Of a stretch of DNA of 64,000 bases, positions 1 through 10,900 are shown piece by piece; position 1 is the stretch's first letter; each line of letters starts with the position of its first letter. The DNA is from the human T2T-CHM13v2.0 reference genome, Homo sapiens, in assembly GCF_009914755.1 (NCBI RefSeq), contig NC_060937.1, one strand, 5' to 3'. A program made the position numbers and the translations under genes. The notes beneath the pieces are model-generated. The model searched no databases, was not told where the DNA came from, and was given only the letters and a program-made list of their open reading frames with translations.

Positions 1-117
1 AGGAGGCTACACCATCTATGTTTGTGTAAGTACACTCTATGATGTTCCCACAATGGCAAAATTGCCTAACAACACATTTCTCAGAACATATCCACACTAT
101 TAAATGACACATGACTG
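1..117 (+). mobile_element. Tigger3-family DNA transposon end (TcMar-Tigger)
   Basis: gtttgtgtaagtacactctatgatgtt...catttctcagaac...catgactg resembles the Tigger3/GOLEM terminus. Confidence 0.8.
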
Positions 118-119
118 CC

Positions 120-800
120 CTCTCAATCATTATTACAAAGAGTTAATATATTTAAAAGAAAAAAAATTCTACAAGTTAATAAAAACCCTAACCTGATAGG
201 AAAATGATCATAAATGATGGAGAGGCAATGCACAGAAAATGAAATACAAATGCCCTTTAAACACATGAAAAGATGAAAATTATGTGAAAATTATATGAAA
301 AACTGTATGAGAAGACATACAGTTTTCTTTTCTTAATGGGTTAGTTAATGGGAAACATCTGATTTCAAAACATCTTGTTGAGGATAGAGAAACGGCCACT
401 TTCATACATAAGTGGTTGGAGTGTAAACTGAATCCACTTTTATGAAGGGGAATTTTGCAAATAGTGCTTAAAACTTTAATGCTTGTACCTCTCTACCCAA
501 CAATATTACTTCTAGGAATTTATCCTAAAGATATTCTCCTACATGACTGGAAAACATCTATCCAAGGATAGTCATCACACAACTGTCTGTAATAACAAAT
601 AATTGAACACAACCTAAAAGCATATTGATAAAAGACTGGTTAAATTAATGATGGTAACTTTGTATAAAGGAGTACTATGAAGTCAGTAAAAGAACACAGT
701 AGTTTTGGATGTACCAGTATGGAAAGGTCTTCAGGATATATTGTTAAGTACACAAAGCAAGGTGCAGAACTGTTGGCATAAAAAGTTACCTTCTGGGCAA
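120..800 (+). mobile_element. Old L1M 3' fragment
   Basis: Degenerate L1 ORF2-end motifs (aaacacatgaaaagatg, ctctaggaatttatcctaaag). Confidence 0.7.
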
Positions 801-804
801 ATTA

Positions 805-1273
805 CAGTACTGCCCCACTTTATCCATGGTTTCAGTTACCTGCAGTCAACTGAGGTCCAAAAATATTACATGAAAAAATCCAGAAAGAGACAATTCAGGA
901 GTTTTAAACTGCATGCAGTTCTGAGTAGTGTGATGAACTCTCACGCCATCTTGCTTCTTCCATCTCTATCACAAGAAGGGCAAGTACAGTACAAAAGGAT
1001 GTTTTGAGAGAGACGCCACATTCACATAACTTTTATTATAGTATATTGTTATAATTGTTCCATTGTATTTGTTATTGTTGTTAATTTCTTGCCATGCCTA
1101 ATTTATAAATTAAACTTTATCATATACCTTGCATCATATACATACCTTTATCATAGGTATGTATTCACAGGAAAAAAAGCACAGTATACACAGGGTTCAG
1201 TACTATTTGCAGTTTCAGGCAACCACTGGGTGTCATAGAACGTATTTCCTTCCAGGATAAGGGGGCATTGCTG
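805..1273 (+). mobile_element. MER44B-like MITE (Tigger7 family)
   Basis: Terminal inverted repeats cagtactgccccactttatcc / ggataagggggcattgctg flanked by TA on both sides; MER44-type internal sequence. Confidence 0.85.
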
Positions 1274-1329
1274 TATATGTGTCCTTCACATGCACTGGTA
1301 TCTCTGAGAGGACCCTCAAGAAACTAGTA

Positions 1330-1488
1330 GGCTGGGCACAGTGCCTCACGCCTGAAATCCCAGCATTTTGGGAGGCTGAGGTGGGTGGATGGCTTGAGCC
1401 CAGGAGTTTGAGACCAGCCTGGGAAACATGGCAAAACCCTGTTTTTTGTTTTTGCTTTTGTTTTTAAAGAAAGAAAAAAGAAAAGAAA
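1330..1488 (+). mobile_element. Alu left monomer (FLAM-like) with 12-bp TSD
   Basis: ggctgggcacagtgcctcacgcctg...; TSD aagaaactagta at 1318-1329 and 1489-1500. Confidence 0.9.
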
Positions 1489-3064
1489 AAGAAACTAGTA
1501 AAGTGGTCCCCTCTGAGGAATTTTAGGAAGAGCAAATTTTATATCTATTCAAAAATTAATTTTAAAAAATTCATTATAGCAAGGAGAGGCATAGAGAAAG
1601 CCAGTGAAATAGGGAAATAAAGTAGAGGATGCTCTATTAGGGAATAGGAAAAGATGGGTAACCCAGAGGCTGTGGTAGGAAAGAGATTCCCTAACTGTGG
1701 GGTGAAGCATGGGTTTAATCCTGAGAGGGGGATTATGATAGAAACTTGGAAAAAGCCCTTATGCAAACTGCAGCTCCAGAGTCAGGCAACGTCCATACAG
1801 GGTTAGTGAAAAGCCAAGGCATACATGAGAACCAAAGAAGAAGAGGGACTCATCTCTAATAGCGCAGATCTGATGAACAAATTCACTTACTTGTATCCAG
1901 AAGATTACATATCTACAGAGTTTTTATCTTAATGTTTAAAGAAAATGTTCTGGCCCTCTCACATGTACATTTTCATAAGATGTTAAAAGAAGGACAAATC
2001 AGTCAATCCATCAATGCTCCAGGTTTACATTACATCTTTCTCCTAAGAGTTCAAAGGCTTTAAATGTGACACCTTTATTTATCATCACAACATTTACCTA
2101 CCTACAGTAGAATATAGATGGTGCAAAATTGGGGGAAATGAGGCCAAGTCTCAAGATGAATCACTTGCGGAAATAGGCCTGCAATTCAACTTTCCTTATT
2201 AAGCATCATGATTTTTTTAAAAAAACATATTAAGGCCATTTTGAAAGCAAACAAGAGTGTCACCTTTGGAATGCTCTTAAGTGTATGTGTGTGAATATGT
2301 GTGTATATACATACATATGTGCATAGGTGACACACATACAATCATAGACACACACATTCACACTGACTATATGATTTTGGCTCAGCTAAATACATACAGC
2401 TAGCTCTACCAACATGCTTAAACCACACTTAGGCATAATAATCCATAGATAAAAACAAAACAGTGACAGTGACCACAAGACTGTCATAGATAAAGAAATT
2501 CACAAATATTGTAATTCAGAATTTTTAGTCTGAGAGCAAGTGAGAAAGAGCAAGAAAATAACTATAAGTCCAATACACTTGCCACTGCACCCACTAAAAG
2601 GATTTAATTTAAAACTCAAACATCATCATATTGGAAGGGGAAATGAAAAGCTAATAACATGCACTGACGTTTACATAAAATTAGTATGTAAAGTCAGAGA
2701 TATGAGCCTAATGATGAATATGAACCAACGGTTTGCATTTTAACAGACTAAGCAAAAAATGTAATTGACAAAGAGGCGAATCTAAATGAATTTCCAGCTA
2801 TTTAAACACTAAGTGCAGCTGCATGCTAATTGTCAGTGTTATGAATTAGAAAAAAAATCTGTTTAAATGAAAATTCAAAAAATAAATGCAGCCAACATGG
2901 TGAACTCACACACTGTACCAAAGTTACCATTCATTCAATCAGATAATTTTTTTTTCCCAAAAAAGTCATTTTTAAACATCAGAATATTCAGTCGGCAGTT
3001 ACTTCACATTGATTGAGGGGAAAAACTCAATATAGTAGTTGAATTCATAGCACACAGCATCTTA

Positions 3065-3305
3065 GAGGTAGTTATGAGCTCAAGCTTTGGCACTAGCCTT
3101 CCTGGGTTCAAATCCTAACTCTACCATTTCTTTCTTTGTGAGTTTGAGCAGATCATTTAACCACACTGTACCTTCCTTTTCTCACCTTAATATAAGGATA
3201 ACAGTTCCCACCTCCTAGGATCATTGTGAGAATTAAATGTATTCATATATGCAGGGATTTGGCCAGTGCCTGGCACATGCTCAATAACTGAGAGCTATCA
3301 TTATT
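3065..3305 (+). mobile_element. MIR
   Basis: cctgggttcaaatcct...gttcccacctcctaggatcattgtgagaattaaatg...agtgcctggcacat, the MIR core. Confidence 0.75.
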
Positions 3306-3906
3306 ACCTTCAGTCAAGACATCAGTCCCTCAGAGAAAGCATTATTTTGCAGTAAAAGACAAAGAAGATGGTGACAAGCATGCCATAATTTTGCTGGTCC
3401 CTAGATGTGAAGGGAGTACTGTCATCTACCACCTCCCAGACCCTCTCCTTGGTGGATGGGAGTCATTGGAGTATCTTCGGCCACTTCTAAGTAAAGATCA
3501 TTTCTGGGTGGGAAACTGATTGAAGTACCCCAACCCCCATAGATGCTACACAAGTGACTCTGGAACAGAGTGAGGTGTCAACCCATGGCTGTCTTAGGAT
3601 GTGCTTTGAGATCTTGCCATATTTTTCCCTACAGTACTACCGGCCCTCAGAGGGACGGCTTGTTGACTGGTCATGCACCTGACTTTGCGTATAACTTTTA
3701 TCCAGATCCCCTAGACTATACCACCAAATGTTTCATTTAACCTTGGATTTCCAAAGGTCATGCAAAGGACAGGGCACAGAAATTAAAGCTGAAACAGTAA
3801 AATTTCATGTTAATTCTTCTCCTTTAATTTACTGGAAGTTCCACCCTCTGAATAGAAGGAAAAAGGCCAAGTCCACAGGCATGTTGGCAGCATGTCAAGT
3901 CACCGA

Positions 3907-3954
3907 AAAGGGATGTGAATTCCCACAAAATAAACACAGGCTCCTCTGCACGCT
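3907..3954 (+). repeat. 48-bp perfect direct repeat, copy 1
   Basis: aaagggatgtgaattcccacaaaataaacacaggctcctctgcacgct, identical to 6168-6215. Confidence 0.97.
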
Positions 3955-5267
3955 CTCAAGGCCAGTCACACTGTGATCAGGCTGGCATTTCTGCCAAGGG
4001 ATGAAGGGAAGCAAAAAGGGAGAAGTCCCCAGCCTTGAATCACATACATACACTGGTTACAAAGCAGGACAAGAGGGCTCTGTCAGTGTGCGGTCAGGGG
4101 AGAGCAGCCCCCAACTCCAACGGGGCTGCAACGGGTGCTTCCTGCTACCTGCACAAGAGAGGGAGGGATTATATGGCATCCCTCCTGGACCCAGTTGAGT
4201 TACACGGCCTGAGCAAATAGTTCTGGAGTAAAAATGAACTCAAGGTGAAATCAAGCTCTTCCAACACTCCATCCAACCTCCCTTTCCCAGATTCTTTTGT
4301 GCCATCTACTTCTTCATCATCAGGGCCTTGAGATCTCAATTTCAGAAAAATCAACCCTCCAAAAAGGATCTGCTAGCTTTTTTTGCACCTTGGTATACAT
4401 TTAATCCCAGTCTTTTTTCTCCAACTCATTTTAATTGGCGATGATTTCTAAGGCAATGACAGGCTTTATGCCCTGTTCAAACAGGGTCAGTCCTGAGGCA
4501 AGTGTAGCCCAGAGTCGGTGACCTTCTCTGCTTGCATAAGATACCAGGCTGCATCCGTGGACGCAAACAGTCCTATTTCCACATTAAATGTCTAAAACAG
4601 ATAATGACTATTAACCTAAATTGGACTTAAAAAATTAAACTGAACAGATTAGTCCCTGCATATCCTCAAAAATCAGAGAAAGACAATAATCCTTTAAACT
4701 CAAAAGGAAGCATCGCAGTGGAACGAGCTGTCAGAAAACCTGTTTTGGTCCAGGGTCATCACTATCTTACCACGTAACCACCGACATGTCATTTGAATTT
4801 TCTGGTCCTTAGACTCCAAAGATAAAATTAATGGGTTTGATAGCTATCTAAGGTTCCTTTCAACTCTAAAATTTCATGATCCATTTGTCATTTTCAATTC
4901 AAGTACTTTCGGATATCGTGATAGCAAAAGTTTAATTTGCATTTAGAAACGAATATAAACTATGAGATTGAAGAGATAAAATGGACTTTTAAAATTAATG
5001 CAGCATGGGTATGAGAAAGAAAATAGAGAATGCTGTAGAATTAGGGACTTTTTCCCTTAGCACATTATTATAAGCTACCTGACAATACCATTAATTTTTT
5101 TTCCTTTTTACTCTACACAATAGCACATTCGTATGTCTGAAACTATAAGGATCACAGCCATAAGGCTGAATGTCAACTGTCAGAGGGCAAATGCGAATCG
5201 GCTACAACACTGGAAATCTGAGCCTGGAACCTGTAGGGTCACGTGGGGGTTATCTCACAGCGCTCAC

Positions 5268-5643
5268 CTTCCACCAGTTGGTCCAGGCTGGAAATCTTCT
5301 TGAGCCCATCAATGGTGTAGATTGTTCTCACTCCCTGGGGCAAATTCACGTTATCCGACAGAGTTCGGGTCAAATCAGCCAGCAGGGCCTCAAAAGATCG
5401 GAACCGGTCTGGGGAGATGGCATACACAATCCCTTTGAAGTATCGATCTCCGTTTCGATAGAAACGAACTTTCTTGGCCTTCTTCTCGGAGCTGAGCGTC
5501 TGCAGCGTGCGGGTGCGGTAGAAGCTGCAGTGGGCGCTGTGCGTCGGGCTCGGCAGGCCGTTCACCCGCGACCCTCGGCTGTATCTCTGCGCCTTATCCC
5601 GCTCGTCGAAGTGCTCCAGCTCCATGTCTCTGCCGAAGGACAT
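5268..5643 (-). CDS. DCLK1: DCLK1 exon 2 coding part (start codon, N-terminus and most of the first doublecortin domain)
   Basis: Minus strand reads [71 protein letters not shown]...DQLVE-G, the DCLK1 N-terminus with the DCX motif [11 protein letters not shown] at 5643-5641 (ccatcATG, A at -3). Acceptor cgtag|GTCC puts the exon start at 5662 (19 nt of 5' UTR). Donor GAAG|gtgagc at 5268/5267; 376 coding nt, phase 1. Confidence 0.98.
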
Positions 5644-5723
5644 GATGGACTTCAAGTAGGACCTACGAGCCCCAGAAACAAAAGCAGACACACATATTGA
5701 TGTAGGTTATATATATATATATA

Positions 5724-6057
5724 TTTTTTTGTTTTTGTTTTTTTTATGTTAGGGACAGGGTCCTGCTCTGTCACCGGGCTGCAGTGAGATGGCACTCACT
5801 GAAGTACTCACTGAAGCCTCACACTCCTGGGCTCAAATGATCCTCCTGCATCAATCTCCCAGAGTATCCGGGACTACTACAGGTTACAGGTGCCTGCACC
5901 ACGCCTGGTTAATTTCCTTCATTTTTTGTTCATTTGCTTGTTTTTAGTAGTAGTGATGAGGGTCTTGTTTTATTGTCCTGGCTGGTCTTGAATCCCTGGC
6001 CTCAAGTGATCCTCCCCCGCCCCCCAACCCCTTTGGCCTCCCAAAGTTTGGGGATGA
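5724..6057 (-). mobile_element. AluJ-type element about 60 bp from the DCLK1 exon 2 acceptor
   Basis: T tail, then gacagggtcctgctctgtcacc...ctcctgggctcaaatgatcctcc...ggcctcccaaagt; preceded by (TA)n. Confidence 0.9.
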
Positions 6058-6167
6058 TGTTATTTTGAGATCATGATTTCAAAGGGTCTGCTTCAGAACA
6101 GCTGGGTGGAAATATTGCTTTAACTGATGACACATTTAATATGAGTTATCAAGTGGGACAGAAAGAG

Positions 6168-6215
6168 AAAGGGATGTGAATTCCCACAAAATAAACACAG
6201 GCTCCTCTGCACGCT
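6168..6215 (+). repeat. 48-bp perfect direct repeat, copy 2
   Basis: Identical to 3907-3954; the flanks diverge immediately. Confidence 0.97.
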
Positions 6216-6339
6216 GTCAGCAGAAGAGGCCGATCCCAGTGGAAACAGCTTATTAATCAGCCACAAATTTGTTAGAAGCAGCTCCTAGGTTGCCCATGGT
6301 TCATCAGGCTTCAAACAGATATTATTCCCAATAGACACA

Positions 6340-7900
6340 ACAACTTTCCAAAGTATTGTCCTTCCTTACAAAAGAAGAAACTGAGGCACAGAAAAATTTC
6401 CCCTAAATTGCTCCAAGTAATACAGTTGAGAAATGCTTGTACCAGCAACTCTGTTCCAGGTTTCCCTGACTCCAAAGCCCACTGCTCCTTGCAGGGCAGA
6501 GGGCTAATCCTGGTAGCAGGAAGAAAATAAGCTCTCATATCATCATACAGTGAAAGAGAAGTAGCTATGGTGGGCTGGGACAGAAAGAGAGGGCAGGCAG
6601 CATAACAGTCAGATTGTAAAAGTTTTACATAATGTTTGTGTGCCCCATGGCCAGATGGAGAGCAAATTAAATCAATCTGTAGGTTGGACCAACTTAAAGA
6701 AGATTTTCCAACATATTCACACATTCAATATTTTTAAAAGCAAATTCACTATACTTCATTTACTTATATTTAGTACTTCAGAAAAGTTGAGTTTAAAAAA
6801 AGAAGAAAAAGGAAGAGAAGGAGGAGAAGGAAGAGGAACAACAAGAAAGGAAAAAATGTTTGGAAGTACATTTCTTGGTTCTTCCTTTCATTAAGACTAT
6901 CTTTGTGATTGAAGAAATTGAGGCTTAAAGATGTCGATTTACACTTGACCCCATGCTAGCTGTGTAAGCTTGAAAAATCTACTTGCTCAGCATCTTTAAG
7001 CCTTGATTTCCTCAACCACAAAATGGGAATGAGAACAGTACCTACCTCACAGTCAGTATTAACTATTAAATAAATTCATGCACATGAAGTTCTTATCATA
7101 GTGTCTGACATGTGATAAGTACTAATTTTTTTATTAATAAAATCTGTTTTTGTGTTCCTGGCCCTGACACATAAAGAGCTAGCAGGAATAGAATCTTTCC
7201 TTTCTGGCAAGAGAGGCCCCTGCTTTCTTCCTGATCTCCATCTCATGACCTTTTGAAAGGTACATCTGTACCCCCTGGTCCCCACAGCAAGCTGACTGGA
7301 GGACCAGTTCATCCTTGCTGAGGGGTTGGTTGATAAAGGTTTGTGGAGCCTTGCAGGGGAATCTGTGGTTTAACAAGACAATCTAGAAAGTGGAAAGACC
7401 AAAGCATTCAAAGGAAAGACATTTTAATGACAAAATTTCAGGCATGTTGAAATAGAATATCAGGAAAATGGAAAATTTGGAGCAAGAACCTTACAAGCAC
7501 TCCCCAAGTCCCACCATATTAGATGGACATCACCTTTCTGAAGGTCAGTGAACACTCACCAATGCACCACTGTCTCCCCAACCTTTCTTTGGCCCTCAGT
7601 AAACTGACCTCTGATCCATTCAGAGTGGCTAAAATTTCACACCTGAAAGCATGACTAGAGATTTGGTACTCCAGAAATGAAGTGAAAGAAAGCAATATTT
7701 ACTGAAGGTCTAGGAGGTACCTGACACTATTACTCATCAACCAGTTGTATAATATGCTAAAAATTCTCTTCTAAACCTCATATTAATCCAACAAGGTAGG
7801 TAATATTATTAATATTCAGGTGAATATGGAATTTATCCAGGGTCCCAAAATTATAACTGAGGGGTTGAGATTTGAACCCAGATTTACTGTAACTCCAAAG
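6340..7900. mobile_element. Cluster of MIR fragments (about 6340-6485, 6935-7120, 7700-7900)
   Basis: MIR motifs gaaactgaggcacaga, aaatgggaatgagaacagtacctacctcac and gatttgaacccag. Confidence 0.65.
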
Positions 7901-10619
7901 CTGGTGTTTTCCATCCCTTGCTCCTTTGAAACTGGTTCCTCTTCAGCATGAGAAGCAGGATTTTGTAAGCCCTCACTCCTAACTAGCTCAGTGACCTTGG
8001 ACAGGCCACATAACTGATCCAGACCTCGTCTGCACACAGAGGAAGCAGTGGTCAGCAGGCCTCTGATGTTGGTGATTCTATCTACCTGCTTATGGGTCTA
8101 TTGCTGACCCCACTGAAGGTCTGGGGAGGGAGAAATGAAGTGTGATTTAAACCTGGAGTGTTAATGAGTTCAGTGTACTTTTTTCCCTCCAAATATGAAA
8201 ACTATTTCTTGCCTCTTAATAACTCATAGTAGTCAGAATTTGCATTTTTCAAAAACAGTTATATATAGGCAGCTCTGAACTGGTTTCATTGATTTTGATG
8301 TTAGATAACTTTAAAACAATGATCCCTTGATATCCAGTCCTGTAGGCATTAGTTGTTAAACAGAACCAATTTTTGTCCAGGATATTGGTAACTGCTCTTA
8401 CTTTTTAATTTATATGGTTTTAAAGTGAGCTCTCTTGTCTTCTAAAAGGGAGTGTGTCTTGGGGGTGGAGTGGAAGACACTCCCAGTACTCACACCAACT
8501 CACTAAGTTCTTCAACATTTTGTAAATTATAAAGGCCAAACTCACTTTTGAAGTTTGTGTTTTATTCTTAAAGGCAGTGATCATTCTCCCAACACTAGGA
8601 GTTTGGGGATTTCCTTCCAAATTGATATAAACTAAAAGAAAACAAGCAGGGCCATAGGGAAGGATGGCACAGTTCTGTTACCAGAAAGAGTGCACATCGA
8701 ATTCTCAGTGACTGACAATTGGCAAAGGCCAAATAATTTGGCAATAGTTAGAATTCCCTGGGGGAACGGGCTTTTAGGACCAAGAATTCCCACACCAGAT
8801 GAAAAAAGAAGAAAAGAACAATTTAAAATAGAAAAAAGGTTTACTTTGTTTCATTTTATTTGCATATTTCCTCAAACTGGATCACAGGTTCATCCAGGGC
8901 AGGGCTACACCTTTTACTTCCCTTCCCTGAATCTGTCCAAAAGTGGGCAATGGTGTCGACAAAAGAAACCATACTCAGAGTGAAATCATTTTCAAGGCTA
9001 CAGCTACCTCTAAATGGAGCACACTCCACACCCTAGTGTGCTGGTAATTATTCGTGGCAACAAAATAGGTGTTCTTTCCCTCACCTTGGCTTAGTCATAC
9101 ATTTGAACCATGCATGAGCTTCTGAAGATCCACTGGCCTTCCACAGGTTTACACTTTCTGCACAGGAAGGCTGCGAGAACACACAGCTCAATGTTCAGAG
9201 ACCATAGGTGGCCAAGGGCCTGAGTGCACATGTGCAGTGGCACCAGGATGGTAACCACAGCACCTCAGCCACAGCGACCACAGACACTGGAGGTAAGAAG
9301 GGCCACTGGCTCTCATCAGAGCTTTTCCTATAAATCCTGCCATTTCAAGAAACCAACATCCCTGATTGTTCTCGGTGGGATTTCTCACCATTTTGAGGAA
9401 TCTATGTTCATCCTTCTCTAGATGAGCACATGGTTCTTGTTTCAGAAATTTACACACATATATACCAAGAAAAAAATGGCATAAATGCTACCACATCTAA
9501 ATAGATGCTGGACCTGGAAGTCCCAAGGCATATTTTAACCGTGGGATTAGGATTCAGGTGGACTGGCATGAAATAAAACGCACACATACCTTCCAGGCCC
9601 GTGCACCACCACGGACGTAGACATCACAGGGTGTGTGCATATCTTTTATAATTTTCCTCTATATGACCTCTCTTAAAAAATCCCTTCTGACCTGCATCCA
9701 TGTGACATTTCATACTTAAAACGCTGTCCTACTTTCCTTTCCCACTGAAAGGCAATATATTTAGGAACAGTCATAAAATGTATTCACGGAACAGCCTGCA
9801 GTGTGGTCGCTGAACGTGTGTGCACCGTGCCTGGACACACTCACAGGTGCAGCAGAGAGGGAGCCGGTTTGAATGAAACCTTTCATCTTCTCTCTCACCG
9901 ACCAAGCATCTCCTTGCCAAATCCAGGAGCAATTCCGCGCAAACCTGGTTTTCAAAAGCAGCCTCTTTTGTGGGGCATTGCGGGGCTGTGCGTGCGCTCC
10001 CACTAGGAGGAAAAAATGCCATTTCCTCTCCGCAAGCTTTTAGCACTGCAGGTACTAATTTGAACATGAGGCAGCCTCGCTGTCCCTGAAGGAACTTGAG
10101 ACCCTGCAAACGTACTTGCAACACCCACGCTGCAGCCACCACCACGCACGAATCGACCCCATCCACAAGCACACATCACTGGCCCGGGCACACGGAAAAG
10201 CACACACACAATAAGAGGCCGGGCCCGGCCACTCCTTCCTTGGTTCCCGCTCCGCAGCCAGTTCTGACAATGACAAGCACCTCTCCCAGCTCCTCCGCCC
10301 TGGCTCTCCATCTCCACTAACAACGCGAAAAGCCTAGGAGGGCCCGCTCGCCTGACTCCAGGTTTAAAGCCCCATGGCACCAAACAAAAGAGGCAGGTGC
10401 CAGCAGCCCCGGGGCCGCCCGCACGCAACGCCCCCGGGTCGGGCCAGGCTGGCCAGGGCAGGGCGGCCGCCTTTCGAGGAACTGCGGGCGGGGCGGCGGG
10501 GCCAAGCTGAGCGCCCGCCCTGCCCTCGGCGCCCCGCGGCTGCGGGCGGAGCGGGCTCTGCGGAGTCCCCCGGCCGCCCTCCCCGCAGCTCCCGTCCCCA
10601 GGGAAGGCAAACCACGCAC

Positions 10620-10885
10620 CGGTCCGCGGAGAGACGCCGCCGGGGGTCTTTGTGGCCGCGCTGGGGGCCGCCTCCTGGTGCTGTCCTCGCCGGGCTGGGC
10701 GCGGCCGGGGCTGCGGGGCTGCAGGGCTGGGGGGCGGCGGCGGGGCCGGGCTGGGCGGCAGCAGCTGCTGGAGCGCGGCGTCTCGGTTGCGGCCACTAGT
10801 GCAGGGATGTGCCTCGGCCCGTCCTCATTGAAATGCGGCGCTTCGCACAGCCTCACTCCAGCCTCTCTCTCCAGAGGAGGGCGGC
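10620..10885 (-). other. DCLK1: DCLK1 non-coding exon 1 (5' UTR); the TSS boundary is approximate
   Basis: Lies inside the CpG island. Donor GGACCG|gtgcgt at 10620/10619 joins exon 2 to give ...GCGGACCG-GTCCTACTTGAAGTCCATCATG, consistent with my recall of the mRNA. The TSS cannot be fixed from sequence alone. Confidence 0.75.
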
Positions 10886-10900
10886 GGCGGCGGCGGCGGC
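10880..10900 (+). repeat. (GGC)7 trinucleotide repeat at the DCLK1 TSS region
   Basis: Seven uninterrupted GGC units read directly; a (CCT)~6 tract follows at about 10950-10968. Confidence 0.95.

Noticed and set aside
4471-4486. Hairpin ccctgtt-ca-aacaggg
   Set aside because: 7-bp arms are expected by chance in 64 kb.
5170-5700. 176-aa plus-strand ORF
   Set aside because: Antisense shadow of DCLK1 exon 2; no recognisable domain.
9602-9622. RE1/NRSE-like sequence tgcaccaccacggacgtagac in DCLK1 intron 1
   Set aside because: About 15 of 21 positions match, but the key G of CAGCACC and the AG of GGACAG are missing.
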